A stretch of 23,097 nucleotides of DNA, from contig JBDHDE010000046.1 in the NCBI GenBank assembly GCA_039591655.1, positions 1 to 23,097 on the forward strand, written 5' to 3'. The notes under the pieces were generated by a model. That model worked only from the letters and a program-made list of their open reading frames with translations. It searched no databases and was not told the DNA's origin. Shown in pieces: positions 7,817 to 20,757 of the stretch. This DNA comes from Gemmatimonadota bacterium (lineage in GTDB: Bacteria > Gemmatimonadota > Gemmatimonadetes > Gemmatimonadales > GWC2-71-9). The position numbers and the translations under genes are program-made. The stretch's first letter is position 1. Each line of letters begins with the position of its first letter.

Positions 7817-9379
7817 TCAGAAGAACACCACGTACAACCCCACAGTCAGGACGACGACTCCCAGGCACAACACATCGAACAGCCGGTCCCGCTCCGACAG
7901 GCCGCCCGTCGCTCCCTCCCCTCCCAGGCTGCCAGCTGCCGCCCCGTGCCCGGAGGCCGCCATGCCGGTCGCCTGCCGACCGCCCAACGACAACGCGGCG
8001 AGCAATCCAATCAGCACCAGTCCGGCCAACCACATCTGATCCAGGAACGCTATATCCGGTAGCAGTAGCTTGATCCCGATGGTGACCGGCAGTGTGGCCG
8101 CCATCACGAACGCAGCCGCCCCGGCCGACGCCCGCCGCCAGAAGAGCCCGCCCAGAAAGACCACGGCCACGCCTGGGGTGATCAGTCCCCAGAACTCCTG
8201 GATGTAGCTGAACACCCGCTCGAAGCGGAGCAGGAAGGGCGCCCACAAGCTGGCGATCACGAGAAACGCCACGGTGCTGCTCCGGCCCACCGCGATCAGG
8301 TGCCGCTGTGAGCTGTCGGGCCGCATGTGCCGCTGGTAGACGTCCACCGTGAAGATCGTGGCAGCCGAGTTCAGCATCGAGTCCAAGCTCGACATGATGG
8401 CGGCCAGGAGCGCGGCGAACATCAGACCGAACAGCCCGCTCGGAAGCAGGCGCTGCAACAGCAGCGGATAGGCCATATCGGAGCGCGTCATCTCATCGGC
8501 GTAGAGCACCCATGCAATCACGCCGGGGATCACCACGATGAGGGGGATGAGGAGCTTGAGGTACGCGGCGAAGACGATGCCGTAGCGCCCCTGGCGCACG
8601 TCCCGGGCGGCCAGGGTTCTTTGGGTGATGAACTGGTTGCAACCCCAGTAGAACAGGTTGGCGATCCACAATCCGCCGAAGAACACCGCGAACCACGGCA
8701 GCTCAGGGTGATCGAGCGGCAGCACGGTGTGGAACTTGTCGCCGGCCTCCGCCATCAAGACGTCCCACCCCCCGATGGCACGGAGGCCGAGCACGGTGAC
8801 CACCACCCCACCCAACACCAGCATGGTGCCCTGGATCAGGTCGGACCAGACGACGGCCTTGAGGCCACCGTAGGCGGTGTACGCGCCGGCGAATACGGCG
8901 AGAATCGTGATGCCCCACCCGAGTGGCAGGTCGAAGATGGTCTGGAGTGCCAGCCCGCCGGAGTAGAGCACCGTGGCCATCGCCACGAACACGTAGGCCA
9001 GGATCATGTAGATGGCGAGCCAACTGCGGGAGCGGACGTCGAACCGGTTCTCCAAGTACTCGGGCATCGTGCTGATGCCCTGGGCGAGGAACTTCGGCAG
9101 GAACCAGCGGGCGACGATGACCAGCGTGATGGCGGCCATCCATTCGTAGGACGCGATGGCGAGGCCGAAGTCGACTCCCGAGCCCGCCATCCCCACGAAG
9201 TGTTCGGTGGAGATGTTGCTGGCGATGAGGCTGATGCCGATGAGCCACCAGGGGAGGTTGCGCCCCGCCAGGAAGTAATCGGCCGCGACTCTCTCGCGGC
9301 GGGAAGCAACCACCGCTACCGCGCCGACCACCACGAAGTAGCCGAAAAAGATGATGACGTCGAGGGTGGAGAAGCTCAT
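7817..9379 (-). CDS. Sodium:solute symporter (SSS/SLC5), vSGLT-like sugar transporter
   Basis: DYFLAGRNLPWW, ASNISTEHFVGMAGSG, YEWMAA, GGLKAVVWSD, ANLFYWGCNQFITQR, YLKL, MSSLDSMLNS and YIQE, with many hydrophobic helices. Most positions matching the vSGLT sugar-binding residues appear retained. Confidence 0.93.
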   Translation of the reverse strand: MSFSTLDVIIFFGYFVVVGAVAVVASRRERVAADYFLAGRNLPWWLIGISLIASNISTEHFVGMAGSGVDFGLAIASYEWMAAITLVIVARWFLPKFLAQGISTMPEYLENRFDVRSRSWLAIYMILAYVFVAMATVLYSGGLALQTIFDLPLGWGITILAVFAGAYTAYGGLKAVVWSDLIQGTMLVLGGVVVTVLGLRAIGGWDVLMAEAGDKFHTVLPLDHPELPWFAVFFGGLWIANLFYWGCNQFITQRTLAARDVRQGRYGIVFAAYLKLLIPLIVVIPGVIAWVLYADEMTRSDMAYPLLLQRLLPSGLFGLMFAALLAAIMSSLDSMLNSAATIFTVDVYQRHMRPDSSQRHLIAVGRSSTVAFLVIASLWAPFLLRFERVFSYIQEFWGLITPGVAVVFLGGLFWRRASAGAAAFVMAATLPVTIGIKLLLPDIAFLDQMWLAGLVLIGLLAALSLGGRQATGMAASGHGAAAGSLGGEGATGGLSERDRLFDVLCLGVVVLTVGLYVVFF

Positions 9380-9578
9380 CGAGTCGGTGCCGGTCGAGGT
9401 TGCCGGGAGAAGTTGTCCCGAAACAACCGCTAGGACGAACCGACGTCAAGTGAGGTACCAGAGGCGCGCGGTGGTGCACAGGTGGACCGCTGTGTTATAT
9501 GGAACGGTGGCGTGTGCGAGGTTGGGAAAGTGCCGTGAAGGGCGCGCTTCGACGAAGGCAAATCGTGATGGAGGCTAG

Positions 9579-14545
<4,967 letters not shown>

Positions 14546-14588
14546 GTGGCATCGGGTGAGCCCTCATCGAGCTTACGGGAGAAGCTTC

Positions 14589-16019
14589 ATGCGAGAGAGA
14601 GACAAGACAGGTATGACGGGCGAGGACAGGGTAGCTGATGTCCGGAGCGATGCCGATCGGCTGAGCCGGCGGGAGTTGATCCGGCTCGGCGCCCTGGGGT
14701 TGGGCGCGGCAGTGCTGGGGGAAAGCTGCGCGCCGACAGGGGCGCAACAGGCGACCCCGGAGCGCCCGGTTCAGGGGCAGGCGCCGGAGCAACCCCTCGC
14801 TGCGCCGCCCATGGACGTCGTGCGCATCGGGTTCGTGGGCGTCGGCGGCATGGGCACGGTGCACTGCCAGAACCTCCTCGGGATCGAGGGTGTCCAGCTC
14901 AAAGCGATCTGTGACATCGTGCCGGAGAAAGTCACCCGCATCCAGGACATGGTGGTCGAGGCGGGTCAGCCCCGACCCAATGGCTACTCCCGCGGGGAGT
15001 ACGACTTCGTGCGCATGTGTGAGGGGGAAGACCTGGATCTCGTCTTCACAGCCACACCGTGGCGCTGGCACGTACCGGTATGCGTGGCGGCCATGGAGAA
15101 CGAAAAGCACGCGGCCACGGAGGTGCCGGCGGCCGTCACACTCGAAGAGTGCTGGCAACTGGTGGAGAGCGCCGAGAAGTACCAGAAGCACTGCGTGATG
15201 ATGGAGAACGTGAACTACGGTCGGTGGGAGATGATGGTCTTCCACATGGTCCGGAAGGGCATGTTCGGGGAAATCCTCCACGCGGAAGGCGGCTACCTGC
15301 ACGATCTCCGCGGGATCAAGTTCAGCTCCGAGGGGGAGGGGCTGTGGCGCCGCGCCCACTCCCTGCAGCGCAACGGCAACCTCTACCCCACCCACGGATT
15401 GGGACCGGTGGCCAACTGCATGGACAACAACCGCGGTGACCGCTTCGAGTACCTCGTCTCGATGAGCGGTCCGTCGCGAGGGCTTCAGCTCTACGCCGAG
15501 GAGCACTTCCCTTCCGGCGCGCCTCAGCGAGCCGAGCGCTTCGTGTTGGGCGACGTGAACGCGAGCCTCATCAAGACGGCGCAGGGCAGGACCATCTACG
15601 TGGTGCACGACACCAACCTCCCACGGCCCTACAGCCGTATCCACATGGTGCAGGGCACCCGGGGGCTGTTCCAGGGCTATCCGAGCCGGGTGCACGTCGA
15701 GGGCCGCAGCCCGGCCCACCAGTGGGAGCTCGCCGAGGACTACCTGGAGGAGTTCGAGCACCCCTTGTGGAAGGCGAAGGGCTCCGTGGGTGAGGGTATC
15801 GGCCACGGCGGCATGGACTACCTGGAGAACTACCGGCTGATCAAGTGCCTACGGGATGGGACGCCCACCGACATGAACGTGTACGACGCGGCTGCCCTCA
15901 GCGCCGTCACGGAGCTGTCGGAGCGGTCGGTAGCCGACGGGAGCAGACCGATGGATTTCCCGGACTTTACTGGGGGGCGCTGGCAGAGCTATCGGCCGCT
16001 GGGGTTGGTGGAGGCGTAG
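14589..16019 (+). CDS. GH109 NAD+-dependent alpha-N-acetylgalactosaminidase (Gfo/Idh/MocA fold), Tat-exported
   Basis: Twin-arginine signal LSRRELIR, Rossmann motif RIGFVGVGGMG, ATPWRWH, EVPAA, CVMMENVNY, GGYLHDLR, NGNLYPTHGLGP, PRPYSR and GHGGMD. Start is uncertain (14556, 14589 or 14613). Confidence 0.9.
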   Translation: MRERDKTGMTGEDRVADVRSDADRLSRRELIRLGALGLGAAVLGESCAPTGAQQATPERPVQGQAPEQPLAAPPMDVVRIGFVGVGGMGTVHCQNLLGIEGVQLKAICDIVPEKVTRIQDMVVEAGQPRPNGYSRGEYDFVRMCEGEDLDLVFTATPWRWHVPVCVAAMENEKHAATEVPAAVTLEECWQLVESAEKYQKHCVMMENVNYGRWEMMVFHMVRKGMFGEILHAEGGYLHDLRGIKFSSEGEGLWRRAHSLQRNGNLYPTHGLGPVANCMDNNRGDRFEYLVSMSGPSRGLQLYAEEHFPSGAPQRAERFVLGDVNASLIKTAQGRTIYVVHDTNLPRPYSRIHMVQGTRGLFQGYPSRVHVEGRSPAHQWELAEDYLEEFEHPLWKAKGSVGEGIGHGGMDYLENYRLIKCLRDGTPTDMNVYDAAALSAVTELSERSVADGSRPMDFPDFTGGRWQSYRPLGLVEA

Positions 16020-17889
16020 CGATGACGTACGCCTCCATGGCGTAGTACTCGGCCAGCCCCAACCGGTCGGCCTTCGCCGCCGTCTCCAGGTTCCTGACCT
16101 CGACCCGTTCCCAGAACTCCCGATCGTCGTGTCCGCCGGGGAACGGGGCTACGTCCTTCTGTGACTGGTGCTTGAAGATGGCGAAGATCTTGCGCCGCAG
16201 CTCCTCCTGTGAGAGCGGTACCAGGACGTCGGCCTCCGTCAGCGACCACTCCTCCCAGGCGCCGCGGTAGAGCCACACCTCGGGGGACGGGCCCTCGTAG
16301 CGGTCCAGCGCCCGCGTGATCGCGGCCTTGCACATCCGGTGGGTGCCGTGCGGATCCGACAGGTCGCCGGCGATGAACACGATGTCGGGCTCGACATCGT
16401 AGAGCAGCCCCAGCACGATGGCGACGTCGTCCTCCCCCACCGGTCGCTTGCGCACCTCCCCGGTGCGGTAAAATGGCAGATTGAGGAAGCGCGCCGCCGA
16501 CGGTGGCAGTCCCAGCTCGGCGATGGCGGCGATCGCCTCCGATTCCCGAATGACCCGCTTCAGCGCCTGGACGGCCTCCGAGTCCACGTCGCCCGGCTGC
16601 TTGGTTTTGAGGCCCTCCTCGAGGGCGTGGCGGACGCGGCGGATCTCCTGCGGGTCGATTCCCAGCGTGGGCGCAGCACGCTGCACGAAGCTCAGGTGGC
16701 GACGCACGTCGTGATCGAACACGGCGATGTTGCCGCTTGTCATGTAGGCGACCGTGACGACGTTCTCGTTCTCCCACAGCTTGCACAGGATGCCTCCCAT
16801 GGAGATCACGTCGTCGTCGGGGTGGGGCGAGAAGATGAGGACGCGCTGGCTGTTGGGGAGCTTCGCCTTGCCGCGGATCTTGTCCCGGAGACGGGTGAAG
16901 ATCTCGCCGTTGATATCGCCGGCGCTGCCGTGTTGCGCCAGCAAGGGGCTCAGGTGATTGTCGCGGTAATCCTGTGCCGAGAGCTTGAGGATGCCTTTGT
17001 CCTTCTCCTCGGCCAGCCACACGACGGCACGTTCGGTCGTCTCGGGCGTCCACTCCACCGGCTCCAGGACCCAGGGCGTAGCGACTCGGGTGAGCTGCCC
17101 GGCTGCCGGCAGGTCCAGATACACCGTGGCGCCGGGGTGTCGCTGCAGGTACGTAGCCGTAACCGTGGGCGTGATCGGTTCCTCCACGGCGCGCCGCACG
17201 ATGGCGGCCTTGTGCTCGCCCGTGGCGATGAGGGCGATCTCCCGGGCTTCGAGGATCGTCGCCACGCCCATGGTGAGGGCCTCCGCCGGCACGTTGTCCT
17301 CGCCGAAGAAGTCGGCGGCCGCGTCCCGGCGGGTGATGGTGTCGAGTGTGATGAGCCGGGTGCGGGAGTCCGGCGATGAGCCCGGCTCGTTGAACCCGAT
17401 GTGTCCGCTCCGCCCGATGCCCAGGATTTGGAAGTCGATCCCGCCCACGTCCCGGATGATCTCCTCGTAGACGCTGCAGTGGTCATCCACGTCCTTTTGC
17501 GGAATGCTGCCGTCGGGAATGTGGATGTTCTTCGGGTCCAGATTCACGCCAGAGAAGAAGTTCTCCATCATGTACTGCCGATAGCTGTGCATGCTGTAGG
17601 GAGCCATCGGGTAGTACTCGTCGAGGTTGAACGTGATGACCTGGGAGAAGTCGACCTCGCCGCTCTGATGACTGCGTATGAGCTCGTGGTAGATCCCCAA
17701 TGGGGTGCTGCCAGTGGCCAAGCCCAGCACACAGCGACCCTTCGCCGCCGTCTCACGGCGGATGACGTCCACCATACGACTGGCGATCAGGGCGGCCAGC
17801 GCGTCGTGGTCGTCGACGATCACGGTGCTCACCCGCTCGCGCTCCCGCGAACCGTCGGAGAGTCGCCTCTCTTCGTCGCCTCGTCTCAT
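15967..17889 (-). CDS. nagB: Glucosamine-6-phosphate deaminase fused to a C-terminal PIG-L/LmbE-type deacetylase domain
   Basis: N-terminal LGLATGSTP, FNLDEYY, GIGRSGHIGFNEPG and ALTMGV. C-terminal FSPHPDDDVISMGG, DLSDPHGTHR and IFKHQSQKD. Confidence 0.93.
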   Translation of the reverse strand: MRRGDEERRLSDGSRERERVSTVIVDDHDALAALIASRMVDVIRRETAAKGRCVLGLATGSTPLGIYHELIRSHQSGEVDFSQVITFNLDEYYPMAPYSMHSYRQYMMENFFSGVNLDPKNIHIPDGSIPQKDVDDHCSVYEEIIRDVGGIDFQILGIGRSGHIGFNEPGSSPDSRTRLITLDTITRRDAAADFFGEDNVPAEALTMGVATILEAREIALIATGEHKAAIVRRAVEEPITPTVTATYLQRHPGATVYLDLPAAGQLTRVATPWVLEPVEWTPETTERAVVWLAEEKDKGILKLSAQDYRDNHLSPLLAQHGSAGDINGEIFTRLRDKIRGKAKLPNSQRVLIFSPHPDDDVISMGGILCKLWENENVVTVAYMTSGNIAVFDHDVRRHLSFVQRAAPTLGIDPQEIRRVRHALEEGLKTKQPGDVDSEAVQALKRVIRESEAIAAIAELGLPPSAARFLNLPFYRTGEVRKRPVGEDDVAIVLGLLYDVEPDIVFIAGDLSDPHGTHRMCKAAITRALDRYEGPSPEVWLYRGAWEEWSLTEADVLVPLSQEELRRKIFAIFKHQSQKDVAPFPGGHDDREFWERVEVRNLETAAKADRLGLAEYYAMEAYVIATPPPTPAADSSASAPQ

Positions 17890-18047
17890 CCTTCCACCCC
17901 CACGATCGCCCCGTCACTAATCTACTACTCCCGGCGAATCCCCGGTTGGCTGCTGTGCTCGCGGGCAACGTCGGATGGGACGACACCGATTGACGAAGCG
18001 CAACCCGGGCCGTCTCTTATGTCAGTCCCGCGACAGGCGGAGTCGTC

Positions 18048-19013
18048 ATGCCTTGCAGAATACCCGGGATTCGCGAGCGGCTTGGGCCGCCGCGCCTTTC
18101 AGTCGGCCTGCACTTCCTGGCCGTCGCCATGCTCAGCGTGAGCCTGGTGGGCTGTGGTGAGGGACCGCCCCGCAAGAAGGTGCTGCTCATCGGCGTAGAC
18201 GGCGTGCGAGTGGACATCCTGGCCGAGGCGGCTACGCCTAACCTGGATTCCCTGATCGCCGAGGGGACGTTCAGCGATGCCGCGCAGACGGCGCTGCCCA
18301 CCGTGAGCGGCCCGGATTGGTCCTCCATGCTGATCGGCGTTTGGCCCGCCAAGCACCGCGTGCACGGGAACAACTTCACCGGAAACGACTACGCTACCTA
18401 TCCCGATTTCCTCACGCGCCTGGAGCAGGTGGATTCGACGTTCCGGACTTTCGCCGTCGTGGACTGGCCGCCTCTGGGATCCACCAGCTCCGGAGGGCCG
18501 CTGATCGGAGATGCTGTGGACTTGCTCATTCTGTTCGACGGTGAAGCGGCAGGCTATCGGGTGGGCGATTCTCTGTCGGTGGCGGCCGCCGCGGAGTACC
18601 TCTCCACGGGAGATCCCGACGCGGCGTTCGTCTACCTGGGGAATCCCGACGTTGTGGGTCACGCGACGAGCTCGCTAACCCCGGAGTACCGTGCTTCCAT
18701 CGAGGCAGCGGATGCTCAGGTCGGTGAGCTCCTGGCCGCGCTGCGACGTCGGCCGACGTACGAGAACGAGGACTGGCTGATCCTAGTGAGCACGGATCAC
18801 GGACGGACTGATGACGGCGGCCACGGCGGCGACTCCCCACAAGAGCGCACGGTCTTCTATCTGGCCAGCGGACCGTCTGCGCTCAGTGGCGTTCCCGAGG
18901 GGACCCCGGACGTCGTGGACGTTGCCGTGACGGCGTTGGCACATCTCGGGGTGGCCATCGATTCCTCTTGGGGGCTGGACGGGCAGGTCGCGGGGCTGGC
19001 AACGGAGCGGTGA
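18048..19013 (+). CDS. Alkaline phosphatase superfamily lipoprotein (type I phosphodiesterase / nucleotide pyrophosphatase-like)
   Basis: Lipobox LVGC, KVLLIGVDGVR, TPNLD, TVSGPDW (nucleophile region), PDVVGH, STDHG and GHGG metal-ligand motifs. GGAG upstream of ATG 18048. Confidence 0.88.
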   Translation: MPCRIPGIRERLGPPRLSVGLHFLAVAMLSVSLVGCGEGPPRKKVLLIGVDGVRVDILAEAATPNLDSLIAEGTFSDAAQTALPTVSGPDWSSMLIGVWPAKHRVHGNNFTGNDYATYPDFLTRLEQVDSTFRTFAVVDWPPLGSTSSGGPLIGDAVDLLILFDGEAAGYRVGDSLSVAAAAEYLSTGDPDAAFVYLGNPDVVGHATSSLTPEYRASIEAADAQVGELLAALRRRPTYENEDWLILVSTDHGRTDDGGHGGDSPQERTVFYLASGPSALSGVPEGTPDVVDVAVTALAHLGVAIDSSWGLDGQVAGLATER

Positions 19014-20230
19014 GCGATCCCGCTGGGCCGCAACTCGACACCCTGCAGGGTGTCTTCGCCGAGAACTTCGGTTCTCGTGGCAGCTACCTGATTCGCGCTC
19101 CCGGGCGGGTCAACCTCATGGGTGAGCACATCGACTACAACGGGCTCGCCGTTCTCCCCATGGCGATTCAGCGGCACGTGGCCCTACTCTCGGCGCCCCG
19201 CACAGATGGGATAATCCGCGTCGTAAACACGGCGACTGAGTTCCCGCAGCGCGGCTTCGAGCTGAGTGCGAAGATCGCTCCGTACGACGAGGGCGACTGG
19301 GGTAACTACGTCAAGGCGGCCGCTCAGGCGCTGGCTGGGCGGCACGGGGCGCGCCACGGGTTCGACGCCGTGGTGAGTGCGGACATCCCCATTGCCGCAG
19401 GGTTGAGTTCATCGTCGGCTCTCGTGGTTGCGGCGGCGTTGGCCCTCGTCACGGCAAACGACATCGCCGTTCCGCTCACCGAGCTCATGGAGCTCCTGGC
19501 CGATGCGGAGTGGTATGTTGGAACGCAGGGCGGCGGCATGGATCAGGCTGTCTGCCTGGGGGCGAAGGCTCAGTGCGCTGCCAAAGTGGAGTTCAAGCCG
19601 TTAAGGCTGAGGGCACGTCCGATCCCCCCGGGGTGGCGCTTCGTTGTGGCCTCGAGCCTGGTGCGGGCGGAGAAGTCCGGTCCAGCGCGGGAGACCTACA
19701 ACCGACGCACCGCAGAGTGCCGGGAGGCGCTGACCATGGTGCTTCAGCGGCACGGCCTGGTGGGACCGATGAACTCCTACCGTATCCTGTTGGGGGCCGT
19801 CGGGGCGGAGCTCCTGATGCGCGAGGCGGACGAGATGGAGGATCCCGTGCTGGGGAAGCGCTTCCGCCACGTGGCGAGTGAGGGTCGGAGGGTGATCGAA
19901 GCCGAGAATGCCTTGCGGGCCGGTGACCTCGAGGCGTTCGGGTATCTGATGCTCGCGTCCCACGCGAGTCTGCGGGATGAGTACGAGGTGAGCATTCCCG
20001 AGCTAGACGAGCTGGTGGAGATTGCCGTGGCGGCAGGCGCCGCCGGTGCTAGGTTGACTGGGGCTGGACTGGGTGGCTGCATTGTGGCACTGTGCGATGA
20101 AGCTCGCCTCGAGGGGGTGCTCCAGGCGCTGGAGGATGGCTACTATGGGAGCCAGTACTTCGATGAGCCCCTGACCGACCATCTCTTCGTAGCCGAGCCG
20201 TCCGCCGGAGCGTCCGTCTCGACGCTCTGA
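19010..20230 (+). CDS. galK: Galactokinase-family GHMP kinase (eukaryotic Gal1/GALK2-like motifs; galactose or GalNAc kinase)
   Basis: APGRVNLMGEHIDY, IPIAAGLSSSSA, GGGMDQ, SHASLRDEYEVS and GARLTGAGLGG. GTG start at 19010 overlaps the upstream stop (GTGA), with GGAG upstream. Confidence 0.92.
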   Translation: MSDPAGPQLDTLQGVFAENFGSRGSYLIRAPGRVNLMGEHIDYNGLAVLPMAIQRHVALLSAPRTDGIIRVVNTATEFPQRGFELSAKIAPYDEGDWGNYVKAAAQALAGRHGARHGFDAVVSADIPIAAGLSSSSALVVAAALALVTANDIAVPLTELMELLADAEWYVGTQGGGMDQAVCLGAKAQCAAKVEFKPLRLRARPIPPGWRFVVASSLVRAEKSGPARETYNRRTAECREALTMVLQRHGLVGPMNSYRILLGAVGAELLMREADEMEDPVLGKRFRHVASEGRRVIEAENALRAGDLEAFGYLMLASHASLRDEYEVSIPELDELVEIAVAAGAAGARLTGAGLGGCIVALCDEARLEGVLQALEDGYYGSQYFDEPLTDHLFVAEPSAGASVSTL

Positions 20231-20319
20231 TGCGGACCGCACACTAGCCGGTCGACGCGAAACACCGGGGGGAGGCGGTCGTAGGGTAGTGAAACAATGT
20301 CTCACGACACGAGGGAGTG

Positions 20320-20586
20320 ATGCCTGCGGAAGTCGTCGTCCTCATATTCACGGCCCTGCTTGGCGGGTTATCTCTGGGGGGTCTCGAAATAGTCCTGAGG
20401 GCCCGGGCGGGACGCCGAAGGGAGCTGAAGCACGAGGAGGTCGAGCGCCTCAGCGAGACGGTGGAGGGCTTGCAGGAGCAGATGTCCCAGGTGCGCGACG
20501 CGGTGACGGACCTACACGAGCGTGTGGACTTCGCAGAGCGACTGCTTACCAAGGGCGAAAAGGGGGGCCAGGGCAGGTCGGGCTGA
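20320..20586 (+). CDS. Small membrane-anchored coiled-coil protein of unknown function
   Basis: One N-terminal hydrophobic helix followed by heptad-like EVERLSETVEGLQEQMSQVRDAVTDLHERVDFAERLL. Start is GTG 20317 or ATG 20320 after GAGGGA. Confidence 0.75.
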   Translation: MPAEVVVLIFTALLGGLSLGGLEIVLRARAGRRRELKHEEVERLSETVEGLQEQMSQVRDAVTDLHERVDFAERLLTKGEKGGQGRSG

Positions 20587-20593
20587 GGGAATC

Positions 20594-20757
20594 ATGTTCG
20601 ATACGCCCACGATCCTCATCATCTTTGCCGCGGTCATCGGGTCCTCTTCGATGACCGGCATCGTCATGTGGCTTGCGGCGAGGACCTCGCGCAAGACCGC
20701 CTCGACTGCGCCGAGCGGCTGCTCACCAAGGGGGACGCGAAACCGCAGGACAACTAG
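20594..20757 (+). pseudogene. Degenerate tandem paralog of the preceding small protein (apparent internal deletion with frameshift)
   Basis: RBS GAGGGA and ATG 20594 begin a TM helix (MFDTPTILIIFAAVIGSSSMTGIVMWL, frame +2). Frame +1 then reads QDRLDCAERLLTKGDAKPQDN-stop (TAG 20755-20757), matching HERVDFAERLLTKG of the upstream gene. Confidence 0.7.

Noticed and set aside
17990..18022. TTGACG as a sigma70 -35 box upstream of the phosphodiesterase gene
   Set aside because: No matching -10 at a proper spacing, so it cannot be supported.
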